Source: Bacillota bacterium
GTDB taxonomy: Bacteria > Bacillota > Negativicutes > Sporomusales > CTSoil-080
Direction of reading: 5' to 3'
Assembly: GCA_017889635.1 (NCBI GenBank)
Contig: JAGGAC010000008.1
Coordinates: forward strand, 41,578 to 105,577
Length of the DNA stretch: 64,000 nt
The notes under the pieces are model-generated. The model saw only the letters and a program-made list of their open reading frames with translations, was not told the origin of the DNA and did not search any database. Below are positions 53,863-62,753 of the stretch, piece after piece; position 1 is the first letter of the stretch, and the number at the start of each line of letters is the position of its first letter. A program made the translations under genes and the position numbers.

Positions 53863-54459
53863 ATGATAAATTATATCTGGGTGCTGCTTATGGCTGTTGG
53901 TATTATTTATGCAGCACTAAATGGACGAATTGATCAGATGACTACGAGTGCTATAAATGCGGCAAATAGTGCTGTAGGACTGTCATTTAAACTTATCGGG
54001 GTTATGTGCTTATGGCTGGGTGTTCTTAAAATCGCAGAAGTTGCAGGTATGGTACGAGCCTTAGCGGTTTTGATTGGACCGGTAGTCCATTATATTTTTC
54101 CTAGTGTGCCGCGCCGGCACCCGGCGATGGGAGCTATCATCATGACTATTAGCGCCAATATGATGGGATTGGGGAATGCTGTGACTCCTCTCGGAATCAA
54201 GGCAATGAGTGAGCTACAAAAGCTTAATAAGGACAAGGAGTCAGCTTCGCCAGCCATGTGTACAATGCTAGCACTTTGTACCACCGGATTTACTTTGGTT
54301 CCAGCCACTATTATTGCCATTAGGGCTGCTGCCGGTTCAGTTAGTCCAGCCGAGATAGTTGGGCCGACTATGGTGGTAAGCTTTATAGCAACGGTTTTTG
54401 CATTGGTCTTTGACCGTGTTTGCCAGGCAGTGTTTTCCTCCCGCAATAGGAGGCTGTAA
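53863..54459 (+). CDS. spmA: Spore maturation protein A
   Basis: MINYIWVLLMAVGIIYAALNG N-terminus and a nucleoside-transporter-like membrane protein. Synteny. Confidence 0.9.
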   Translation: MINYIWVLLMAVGIIYAALNGRIDQMTTSAINAANSAVGLSFKLIGVMCLWLGVLKIAEVAGMVRALAVLIGPVVHYIFPSVPRRHPAMGAIIMTISANMMGLGNAVTPLGIKAMSELQKLNKDKESASPAMCTMLALCTTGFTLVPATIIAIRAAAGSVSPAEIVGPTMVVSFIATVFALVFDRVCQAVFSSRNRRL

Positions 54460-54460
54460 A

Positions 54461-54994
54461 ATGATCGCTGAATTGTGCACTAATTTGTCTAAATGGGCTA
54501 TTCCGCTAATATTATTGTTTATTCCTTTAGTCGCACTTTTTCGACGGGTCAGGGTTTATGAAGCGTTTGTCGAGGGCGCAGCCGAGGGCTTTTCTAATGC
54601 AATTCGCATTATGCCGTTTTTAGTGGCAATGATGGTGGCAGTAGGTATTTTTCGTGATTCAGGTGCGTTGGATAAATGTGTTTCGGCTTTAAGTCCATTT
54701 CTTTTTAAATTTGGTATTCCTGCAGAACTTGTGCCTCTTGCGGTTATGCGACCGTTATCAGGAACTGGGGCAATTGGTGTGACAACTGAACTTTTAAATG
54801 CTCATGGGCCAGACTCGATGGTGGGGAGAATTGCTTCTACGGTACTTGGTAGTACCGATACAACTTTTTATGTTTTGACAGTGTATTTTGGCGCGGTAGG
54901 GGTAGTCAAACCGCGCTATTCAATAGCAGTAGGATTGATTGGCGACTTGATAGGATTTATTGGTTCAGTGTTTATCTGTAAATTGTTGTTTTAG
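54461..54994 (+). CDS. spmB: Spore maturation protein B
   Basis: ATG after AGGAGG, 1 nt after the spmA stop. Paralogous membrane protein. Confidence 0.9.
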   Translation: MIAELCTNLSKWAIPLILLFIPLVALFRRVRVYEAFVEGAAEGFSNAIRIMPFLVAMMVAVGIFRDSGALDKCVSALSPFLFKFGIPAELVPLAVMRPLSGTGAIGVTTELLNAHGPDSMVGRIASTVLGSTDTTFYVLTVYFGAVGVVKPRYSIAVGLIGDLIGFIGSVFICKLLF

Positions 54995-55008
54995 GTTTGT
55001 AAAAAATA

Positions 55009-55052
55009 GGGAGTACTAGTTCCAAAAATTTTTGGTACTAGTACTCCTTTTT
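55009..55052 (+). terminator. Rho-independent terminator
   Basis: GGGAGTACTAGT..CCAAAAATTTTTGG..ACTAGTACTCC followed by TTTTT. Confidence 0.7.
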
Positions 55053-55153
55053 CTTATGGTGGTGCAAAGGATAATAGTTTACTCCCTGAGTGGCACTTTA
55101 CGCATATTAGAATAGACTGTAGTGTGATTAGAATAGCGGATGGGGGGAATTCA

Positions 55154-56434
55154 ATGATCAAGGTAGTGGTTGCCGGAGGTGGTTGGTCAGGTTGTGCGGC
55201 GGCACTGGCTGCGGCGAAGGCTGGTGCACAGGTACTTGTATTAGAACGTACTGACATGCTGCTCGGCACCGGACTTGTTGGTGGTATATTCCGCAATAAT
55301 GGTCGTTATACTGCTGCAGAGGAAGCTATTGCCATGGGTGGCGGAGATTTGTTTGTAGCTATGGATGCGAATGTCAGGCACAAAGGAATCAGTTTTCCCG
55401 GTCACCATCATGCTTCATTTTATGACGTTTGCAGCATGGAGCCGTTGGTGAAAAGAGTGCTCCAAAACTATGGGATAGATATAAGAACGCAGGCCAGAGT
55501 GGTGGATGTTCAAAAATATGCCAAGACGATACAAGCTGTGATACTTGATAACGGAGAAGTTATACCTGGTGATGTTTTTGTAGACACTACTGGTACGGCA
55601 GGGCCGATGGGGAATTGCCTGAAATATGGTAATGGATGTGCTATGTGTATATTGCGTTGCCCTACCTTTGGACCACGGCTCAGTTTATGTGCTAAAGCCC
55701 AAGTGAAGGAGTTTATGGGTCAAAAAACTGATGGTTCATTCGGCGCGATGAGCGGCTCTTGTAAATTAAATAAAGAGTCGCTTAGTTTGGAGCTAAGGGG
55801 TAAATTGGCTAAAGAGGGCGCAGTAGTATTGCCTGTTCCGCCAAATCTTATCAAAAGTGGTACACTGGGCAAGAAAGCCTGTTCCCAGTATGCTTTGCCA
55901 GAATATGCAGCAAATTTGGTTTTGATTGATACTGGTCATGTAAAGTTGATGACATCATATTTCCCCTTGAATGATTTACGGACATTGCCCGGTTTAGAGA
56001 ACGCTCGCTATGAGGATCCTTATGGTGGGGGAGTAGGCAATTCAGTGCGTTATATGGGAATTGCGCCATGCAATAATAATTTGAAAGTGGATGGAGTTGA
56101 CAATTTGTTCTGCGCTGGTGAGAAATTTGGCGTTTTGGTAGGACACACTGAAGCAATTGTTACTGGCCTGGTCGCTGGTAATAATGCAGTTAGACACTCG
56201 TTGGATATGCAGTATTTAACAGTGCCGCGAGTATTAGCAACAGGTGATTATATTTCATTTGTCAAGGAACAGATGATTAGTGAGGCTGGGCTAAGATTAC
56301 GCTATACCTTTTCTGGGTCAGTTTACTTTGAACGAATGAAAGCAATCGGACTTTATGTTATCGATAGAGCTGAAATTGCAGACCGGGTGGAAAAAGCAGG
56401 ATTAACTGATATATATAGCCGTTGTTTGGTTTAA
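55154..56434 (+). CDS. FAD-dependent oxidoreductase, uncharacterised subfamily
   Basis: MIKVVVAGGGWSGCAAALAAAKAG dinucleotide fold. Internal CxxC pair (CAMCILRCP). Confidence 0.7.
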   Translation: MIKVVVAGGGWSGCAAALAAAKAGAQVLVLERTDMLLGTGLVGGIFRNNGRYTAAEEAIAMGGGDLFVAMDANVRHKGISFPGHHHASFYDVCSMEPLVKRVLQNYGIDIRTQARVVDVQKYAKTIQAVILDNGEVIPGDVFVDTTGTAGPMGNCLKYGNGCAMCILRCPTFGPRLSLCAKAQVKEFMGQKTDGSFGAMSGSCKLNKESLSLELRGKLAKEGAVVLPVPPNLIKSGTLGKKACSQYALPEYAANLVLIDTGHVKLMTSYFPLNDLRTLPGLENARYEDPYGGGVGNSVRYMGIAPCNNNLKVDGVDNLFCAGEKFGVLVGHTEAIVTGLVAGNNAVRHSLDMQYLTVPRVLATGDYISFVKEQMISEAGLRLRYTFSGSVYFERMKAIGLYVIDRAEIADRVEKAGLTDIYSRCLV

Positions 56435-56450
56435 CAAGGAGGGGTAATGA

Positions 56451-57416
56451 GTGGCACGTAAGTTAAGCGCCAGTTGTATTGATTTACATTCTCCATTTTG
56501 TCCGTGTATATTGGCGGAAACTAACCATTGTATATTATGCAGTCATTTAAAGGGACAATCGACTTGTGATTGTAACTGGGCTGGGGTGTGCATATTGTAT
56601 GAAAAGTATTGGCAACCGAAAATTTGTACAGATGAAAAGCCAACCGTAAGAATTGAAGTTGAGACAACAATATCCCGTAGAGAACTTATTGCAACCAATA
56701 CGCATTTGCTTGGATTTACGGTTAACGAGTCGTTAGCAGCGGAACTTGGGAAAACAGGTTCTTTTGTTTTTCTCAAGCAGCCAAGTGATCCGGAGTTTTT
56801 TCATTTTCCAGTAGGAGTAATGAAAGTAAACGGTCGAATGGTAGAGGTTGTTATTGAAGATGTTGGCCCAAAATCTAAAAGGCTTTTAACAGGCGGGGAA
56901 CAGATTGTTGTACGTGGCCCGTATTATAACGGTATATTGGGTCAACCTTGGATTGATAATATTACTTGTGGTACAATAATACTGGTGGTCGGAGGAATGG
57001 GGCAGGGCCCTGCTTTGGCGATCGGGACCAAGCTGTTGGCTAATCAGAATAATGTTATTGCTATTATAGCGCCAGGTAAAACGGAAAAGATATTTATTGG
57101 GCAGGAACTTCGGGAGCTTGGGGCAATGGTTTATGCGGTCGATTCTTTGAGACGGTCAGGTATGGGGATTCTTGGGCGGTTGTTTGAGGCCGGAGAAAAA
57201 ATCGATCTGGTTGTTAGTACTGGGCCGGATGAACAGCATTACGGGGTTATTGCGGCTATGCAATGTGCTTCGGTAAACATTCCGATGGCTGCTACCAACA
57301 ATGCTACTATGTGTTGTGGCGAAGGTATTTGTGGCAGTTGTCAGCGTGAAGCTGTTGATAATCGCACTCTTCGCATGTGTAAGGTTCAGACTGATTTTAG
57401 CCAGTTAGCTACGTAG
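56451..57416 (+). CDS. PyrK/sulfide-dehydrogenase-like FAD/NAD(P)-binding protein with Cys-rich N-terminus and C-terminal 2Fe-2S motif
   Basis: GTG after AAGGAGGGG. N-terminal CPC..CILC..CDC. VVGGMGQGPA. C-terminal CCGEGICGSC. Confidence 0.65.
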   Translation: MARKLSASCIDLHSPFCPCILAETNHCILCSHLKGQSTCDCNWAGVCILYEKYWQPKICTDEKPTVRIEVETTISRRELIATNTHLLGFTVNESLAAELGKTGSFVFLKQPSDPEFFHFPVGVMKVNGRMVEVVIEDVGPKSKRLLTGGEQIVVRGPYYNGILGQPWIDNITCGTIILVVGGMGQGPALAIGTKLLANQNNVIAIIAPGKTEKIFIGQELRELGAMVYAVDSLRRSGMGILGRLFEAGEKIDLVVSTGPDEQHYGVIAAMQCASVNIPMAATNNATMCCGEGICGSCQREAVDNRTLRMCKVQTDFSQLAT

Positions 57417-57439
57417 TTATTACTATTTAAGGAGCGATT

Positions 57440-58165
57440 ATGCAGGAGCGTTTGCAAAAAATTATTAGTCGGGCTGGGGTTGCCTCGCGGCGGCATGCTG
57501 AAGAACTTATTGTAGCCGGGCGGGTTAAGGTTAACGGGAAGGTTGTGACCGAACTAGGATGTAAAGTAGAGGTCGGAAAAGATCGTGTCGCTGTAGATGG
57601 GAAACTGCTTGCCAGTGAAAGAAAAGTTTATATTTTGATTCATAAACCTAAAGGTATAGTTACTACTTTAGATGATCCTGAAGGCCGGAGAACGGTAACA
57701 GAGCTTGTACGTGATATTCCGGAACGGCTTTATCCGGTGGGACGACTTGACTATAATACCGAGGGTCTCTTAATTATGACCAATGACGGCGATCTTACTC
57801 ACGCGTTAACTCATCCTAGCCACAAGGTGTTTAAAACTTATATTGCCGAGATTGCTGGAATACCAACAGAAGAAAAGCTTGATCAAATCCGTATAGGAAT
57901 ACAGCTAGAGGACGGAGTTACCGCTCCGGCTAAAGTAAGGATTGTTGCTGTTGATCAGGCAAAAAATGTGGCAAAAATTGAAATAGTTATTCATGAAGGC
58001 CGTAATAGACAGGTCAGAAGGATGTTTGAAGTAATAGGCCATCCAGTTAATAAATTGAAAAGGGTACAATTTGCATTTTTGACGTTAGAGGGAGTTCGCC
58101 GCGGGCATTATCGGCGACTTTTACCGGAAGAGGTTTTGGCATTAAAACAGTTGGGTGTTAAGTAG
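57440..58165 (+). CDS. rluB: 23S rRNA pseudouridine synthase (RsuA/RluB family)
   Basis: S4 domain (RLQKIISRAGVASRR). Catalytic GRLDYNTEGLL. Confidence 0.9.
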   Translation: MQERLQKIISRAGVASRRHAEELIVAGRVKVNGKVVTELGCKVEVGKDRVAVDGKLLASERKVYILIHKPKGIVTTLDDPEGRRTVTELVRDIPERLYPVGRLDYNTEGLLIMTNDGDLTHALTHPSHKVFKTYIAEIAGIPTEEKLDQIRIGIQLEDGVTAPAKVRIVAVDQAKNVAKIEIVIHEGRNRQVRRMFEVIGHPVNKLKRVQFAFLTLEGVRRGHYRRLLPEEVLALKQLGVK

Positions 58166-58220
58166 AAATTTGATTATTGAATTAACTGCAGAAAGCTGTA
58201 CATGGCAAGGATGGGATTTA

Positions 58221-59465
58221 ATGAAAAACATTTTGATTGTCGGTGGCGGAGCGGCCGGACTAATGGCGGCGTATACAGCCGCCGCCGACGGTGGGCGGGT
58301 AACTTTATTGGAAAAGATGCCTGCTTTAGGTCGAAAGCTTTTAATTACCGGAAAGGGTCGCTGCAATATTACTAATACCTGCGATCTTTCTTCTTTTATA
58401 AAAAACATGCCCGGTAACGGGCCATTTTTATATAGCGCGTTAAATGCTTTTTCTAATCAGGCGGTTATGACCTTTTTGGAAGAGTGGGGCGTACCGGTAA
58501 AGGTCGAACGTGGGGGGAGAGTTTTTCCTGTCAGCGACAAGGCTCGCGACGTTGTGGCGGCTTTCGAACGAGCGCTGACAGCAGCGGCGGTAGAGGTGAA
58601 AACTGGAGTACAGGTAACCGAGATTTCGACCGAAGCTGGTGCCGTAACAGGCGTTAGAACCGCCAAAGGAATTACATATAGGGCTGATGCTGTAATTTTG
58701 GCTACCGGTGGTGCTTCATACCCTGGTACAGGCTCTTCTGGTGACGGTTACCGCATCGCTAAAGCGCTGGGACATGCTGTTGTGCCGCTAAAACCGTCTT
58801 TGGTGCCTCTTGAAGTAGCTGAAGATTGGATAACTGAGCTTCAAGGATTAGCTTTGAAGAATGTCTCAGCTACTGTACTTTTTGCAGGAATGAAACAGTC
58901 GAGTGAGTTTGGAGAAATGTTGTTTACTCATTATGGTCTGTCTGGTCCGATTGTTTTATCGCTTAGCAATGTAGTCTCAAGAGTGTTGCAACAGAAAGAT
59001 AAGGGGGAGGTGCTTGTAGAAATTAATTTGAAACCGGCGCTTAGCTCTGAACAGCTTGATAAGCGTCTGCAGAGGGACTTTGCTAAATTTGCCCGTAAAC
59101 AATTCAAGAATTCGCTTAATGAGTTGCTGCCATCACGGTTGATTGATATTATTATAGATTTATCACATATTGATCCGGAAAAACCAGTGCATCAGATTAC
59201 AAAGGAGGAGCGCAACCGTCTGGTTTATGAGCTACAGCATCTTACATTTACAATAACTGGTACACGGCCTTTGGCTGAAGCGATTGTTACTGCCGGAGGG
59301 ATTAATACAAAAGAAATTAACCCAAGGAGAATGGAATCCAAGTTGGTGAAGGGATTATTTTTAGCTGGTGAAGTTATTGACATTGATGGCTATACCGGGG
59401 GATTTAATTTACAGGCGGCATTTTCTACTGGTTTTGTTGCTGGTCGGGCGGCGGTGCAAGAATAA
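58221..59465 (+). CDS. HI0933/YhiN-family NAD(P)/FAD-dependent oxidoreductase
   Basis: ILIVGGGAAGLMAA..GRKLLITGKGRCNITN, and a C-terminal GEVIDIDGYTGGFNLQ. Confidence 0.88.
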   Translation: MKNILIVGGGAAGLMAAYTAAADGGRVTLLEKMPALGRKLLITGKGRCNITNTCDLSSFIKNMPGNGPFLYSALNAFSNQAVMTFLEEWGVPVKVERGGRVFPVSDKARDVVAAFERALTAAAVEVKTGVQVTEISTEAGAVTGVRTAKGITYRADAVILATGGASYPGTGSSGDGYRIAKALGHAVVPLKPSLVPLEVAEDWITELQGLALKNVSATVLFAGMKQSSEFGEMLFTHYGLSGPIVLSLSNVVSRVLQQKDKGEVLVEINLKPALSSEQLDKRLQRDFAKFARKQFKNSLNELLPSRLIDIIIDLSHIDPEKPVHQITKEERNRLVYELQHLTFTITGTRPLAEAIVTAGGINTKEINPRRMESKLVKGLFLAGEVIDIDGYTGGFNLQAAFSTGFVAGRAAVQE

Positions 59466-59518
59466 TAATGGAAAGGCATGGTGAATAATATAGCCAACTA
59501 TATTTGGAGGATTATGCC

Positions 59519-60043
59519 ATGCGCAATATCAGAAAAGATTCTTCACTCAGCTGGGAAAGAAGGCTTATTATTTTTACAATAAGCTGTTTAGTGTTGTTGG
59601 TAGTGTCGCAGGTGTTGATGCTGAAAGAAACTCCACGCCGCTATTTATCCAGGGTTGATAGACTTGAAGGAGATTCTGTTCTACTGGAACAGCAAAACTA
59701 CGTTGAAAATAAGGTATTAGAAGACGTCGATTTTCCGGCTGTAAGTTGGCTGGAGTTGCTTCGTCCGCATAAGATAATGACTGTTCGAATGATTCAACCT
59801 ACGGCTGCGGATGATGTTTATGTTACAATAAATGGTAAGCCGGCTGGTGATTTTCGCCACGGTGAAGTCAGGGTAACGGTTTATGATGGTGATTATGTTG
59901 AAATCGATGCCCGTTTATTGCAGGAAATGGGACGGTTTGTTGTTAATGTACCTAAAAATGAAGTTTATTCTCCTGACGATGGTCGACTTATCGAAGGGAA
60001 GCTTGATCTAATTCCGATAGGAAAAGTGCGGTTTAAAGAGTAA
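59519..60043 (+). CDS. Membrane-anchored hypothetical protein
   Basis: ATG 8 nt after GGAGG. TM segment LIIFTISCLVLLVVSQVLML. No family recognised. Confidence 0.55.
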   Translation: MRNIRKDSSLSWERRLIIFTISCLVLLVVSQVLMLKETPRRYLSRVDRLEGDSVLLEQQNYVENKVLEDVDFPAVSWLELLRPHKIMTVRMIQPTAADDVYVTINGKPAGDFRHGEVRVTVYDGDYVEIDARLLQEMGRFVVNVPKNEVYSPDDGRLIEGKLDLIPIGKVRFKE

Positions 60044-60116
60044 AGCATGGAGGAATGTTCCTTTTTTAGCAGAATGTATATATTTTGTTGGATTATTAGA
60101 AAAAGCGGGGTACTGC

Positions 60117-61409
60117 ATGAACAAAGTGATAAAGCCAACTGGCAAACTTAAGGGAACTTTAAATATTCCAGGAGATAAATCGATTTCTCACCGAAGTGTA
60201 ATGCTGGCTGGGCTGGCTGGCAGTCCGGTAAAAATTACAAATTTTTTGCCTGCCGCTGATTGTCTATCAACTGTTTGTTGTATGCGGAGCCTCGGAGTTA
60301 GTGTTCAAGAGACCGGAGAAACCGAGCTTTTAGTAAAAGGCAATGGATTATATGGTCTGAAAGAGCCTGTTGACGTATTGGATGCCGGAAATTCTGGCAC
60401 AACAATACGTCTTTTAACCGGTGTTCTTGCAGGGCAGCCTTTTTTTAGTGTGTTTACTGGCGATAATTCCCTGCGCCGGAGGCCGATGGCAAGGGTAATA
60501 ACACCACTGACACAAATGGGAGCAAAAATACAAGGCCGAGAAAACTCTCGTTATGCACCATTTGCTATTATTCCAGCAGGGGGAATTAAAGGTATAGACT
60601 ATGTTATGCCGATGGCTAGCGCTCAAGTAAAGTCTGCTGTGCTTTTAGCCGGGTTGTTTGCTGACGGGGAAACAACAGTCACAGAGCCGTACCTGTCGCG
60701 TGATCATACTGAGAGGATGCTTAGCACTTTCGGGGTTGTTATAAATAGAGAAAATCTAACTGTGCGAGTTTTGCCGCCGAAAGAATTATCGGCTCCGACG
60801 GAGATTGATGTTCCTGGGGATATTAGTTCGGCAGCCTTTTGGTTAGTGGCGTCTACCATTATTCCCGGGAGTAAGGTTCTTTTAAAGAATGTCGGGGTTA
60901 ATCCAACTAGAACAGGAATTATCGATGTTTTAGTAAGTATGGGTGCTAATATAACATTGTCCAATCAACGTCTGGCTGGACAGGAGCCGGTGGCAGATAT
61001 TGTTGTTGAAGCAGCGGAGCTTCGAGGCACTATTCTTGAGGCGGAAATTATTCCACGGTTAATTGACGAAATACCTGTGTTGGCTGTGGCCGCACTTTTT
61101 GCAAATGGACAGACTGTAATCCGTGGTGCTGAGGAGCTTAGGGTTAAAGAATCTGACCGTTTGAAAGCTATTACCCAAGAGTTAAGTAAAATGGGTGCTA
61201 AGATAATTGAAACGCCGGACGGACTTATAATTGACGGTCCGCAGTCACTCAAACCGGCTACTTGTGATGCGCATGATGACCATCGTATGGCGATGTCTCT
61301 GGCAGTGGCTGGTATGGCAGCAGATGGAGTGGAAATTACCGGACCGGAATGTGTTGCTATTTCTTACCCGCACTTTTTTAATGAAATAAACGCTTTAAGT
61401 CAGGAATAG
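60117..61409 (+). CDS. aroA: 3-phosphoshikimate 1-carboxyvinyltransferase (EPSP synthase)
   Basis: PGDKSISHR, LDAGNSGTTIRLL and RVKESDR motifs. Confidence 0.96.
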   Translation: MNKVIKPTGKLKGTLNIPGDKSISHRSVMLAGLAGSPVKITNFLPAADCLSTVCCMRSLGVSVQETGETELLVKGNGLYGLKEPVDVLDAGNSGTTIRLLTGVLAGQPFFSVFTGDNSLRRRPMARVITPLTQMGAKIQGRENSRYAPFAIIPAGGIKGIDYVMPMASAQVKSAVLLAGLFADGETTVTEPYLSRDHTERMLSTFGVVINRENLTVRVLPPKELSAPTEIDVPGDISSAAFWLVASTIIPGSKVLLKNVGVNPTRTGIIDVLVSMGANITLSNQRLAGQEPVADIVVEAAELRGTILEAEIIPRLIDEIPVLAVAALFANGQTVIRGAEELRVKESDRLKAITQELSKMGAKIIETPDGLIIDGPQSLKPATCDAHDDHRMAMSLAVAGMAADGVEITGPECVAISYPHFFNEINALSQE

Positions 61410-61423
61410 ACCGGAGGATACCT

Positions 61424-62101
61424 ATGAAAAAGTTGATTGTTGCCATAGATGGTCCGGCAGGTGCCGGAAAAAGTACGGTTGCTAGGATTGTTGCTAAGCG
61501 TCTTTGTTATACTTACATTGATACAGGAGCTATGTATCGGGCTGTAACCTGGGACGTTATGCGTCGCCAAATTGCAGTGAATGATTCGGATTTGGTGGCA
61601 AAAGTTGCTGGAAACATTAAACTGCGGCTTGAATATAGTGGCAACGGCACGCTGGTATATGTTGATGACACTGATGTTACTGAGGTTATTCGTACTCCAG
61701 ATATTTCTCGGATGGTTTCTGCTGTATCACAGATTGGCGGTGTCCGACAAGCCATGGTAGAGTTGCAGCGCAAAATGGCAGCTGGTGGTGGTGTTGTTAT
61801 GGATGGCAGAGACATTGGTACTCATGTTCTGCCTAATGCCGATGTCAAGATTTTTCTAACTGCATCAATTGAGGAACGGGCTAGGCGGCGCTGGCTGGAG
61901 CTTACATCTAAGGGATTTAAAATTGATATTGAGGATTTGAAAAACGAAATTTCTTGTCGCGACCAGGCTGATTGTGAACGAGTCATTGCACCGCTTATTC
62001 AGGCCGAAGATGCTGTGGTTATTGATACAACTGCTTTGACGATTGAACAGGCAGTGGATAATATTTTATTATTGTGTGAGGCGATAGCCGGTGGTTTATA
62101 G
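61424..62101 (+). CDS. cmk: Cytidylate kinase
   Basis: IAIDGPAGAGKSTVA P-loop and DTGAMYRA. Confidence 0.95.
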   Translation: MKKLIVAIDGPAGAGKSTVARIVAKRLCYTYIDTGAMYRAVTWDVMRRQIAVNDSDLVAKVAGNIKLRLEYSGNGTLVYVDDTDVTEVIRTPDISRMVSAVSQIGGVRQAMVELQRKMAAGGGVVMDGRDIGTHVLPNADVKIFLTASIEERARRRWLELTSKGFKIDIEDLKNEISCRDQADCERVIAPLIQAEDAVVIDTTALTIEQAVDNILLLCEAIAGGL

Positions 62102-62735
62102 CGTTTTACGTTTTATATTTATAGCGATATTAAAGTCGTTATTTCGTTATCGGGTTCTTGGTGTGGAGAACATCCCCTCTGAAGGCGGTATTATTGTTGC
62201 GGCAAATCACGTAAGTTATTGGGATCCGTTGGTAATGGGATGTGGTTTGCCTAAAACAAAGATAATTCATTTTATGGCTAAGGCAGAGTTATTTAAGGTT
62301 CCGATATTAGGGCAAATAATGACATGGGGCGGATCTTTCCCTGTACGCCGAGGTGCTGCGGACCGCACTGCGATCCGAACTGCTGTTGCAGTATTGGAAA
62401 AGGGTGATGCCTTCGGAATTTTTCCGGAGGGTACTAGAAGTAAAAATGGTAAGTTGCTTCCGCTGCAACCTGGAATGGCGATGATTGCTTTAAAGGCCAG
62501 GGTTCCAATTGTTCCTACTGCGATCATTGGCACATTGAAGTTCTCACAGGGGTCGCTATTGCCGCAATTGAAGGTTATTTACGGAAAACCAGTCGAAGCG
62601 GACAGTAGTAAAAGTGATAAAGAAAATGTCGAGTATCTTACTAATGTTGTTAGTCATGAAATTACTAGGCTGCTAAATGTTGAAGCTGAATGTCAAAAAG
62701 AAACTGCAAGTGGAAAAAGTAATAGCATCCAGTAG
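62091..62735 (+). CDS. plsC: 1-acyl-sn-glycerol-3-phosphate acyltransferase
   Basis: NHVSYWD (HX4D) and FPEGTRS motifs. GTG start overlaps the cmk end. Confidence 0.85.
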   Translation: MVYSVLRFIFIAILKSLFRYRVLGVENIPSEGGIIVAANHVSYWDPLVMGCGLPKTKIIHFMAKAELFKVPILGQIMTWGGSFPVRRGAADRTAIRTAVAVLEKGDAFGIFPEGTRSKNGKLLPLQPGMAMIALKARVPIVPTAIIGTLKFSQGSLLPQLKVIYGKPVEADSSKSDKENVEYLTNVVSHEITRLLNVEAECQKETASGKSNSIQ

Positions 62736-62753
62736 TTTTCAGGGAGGGAGTTT

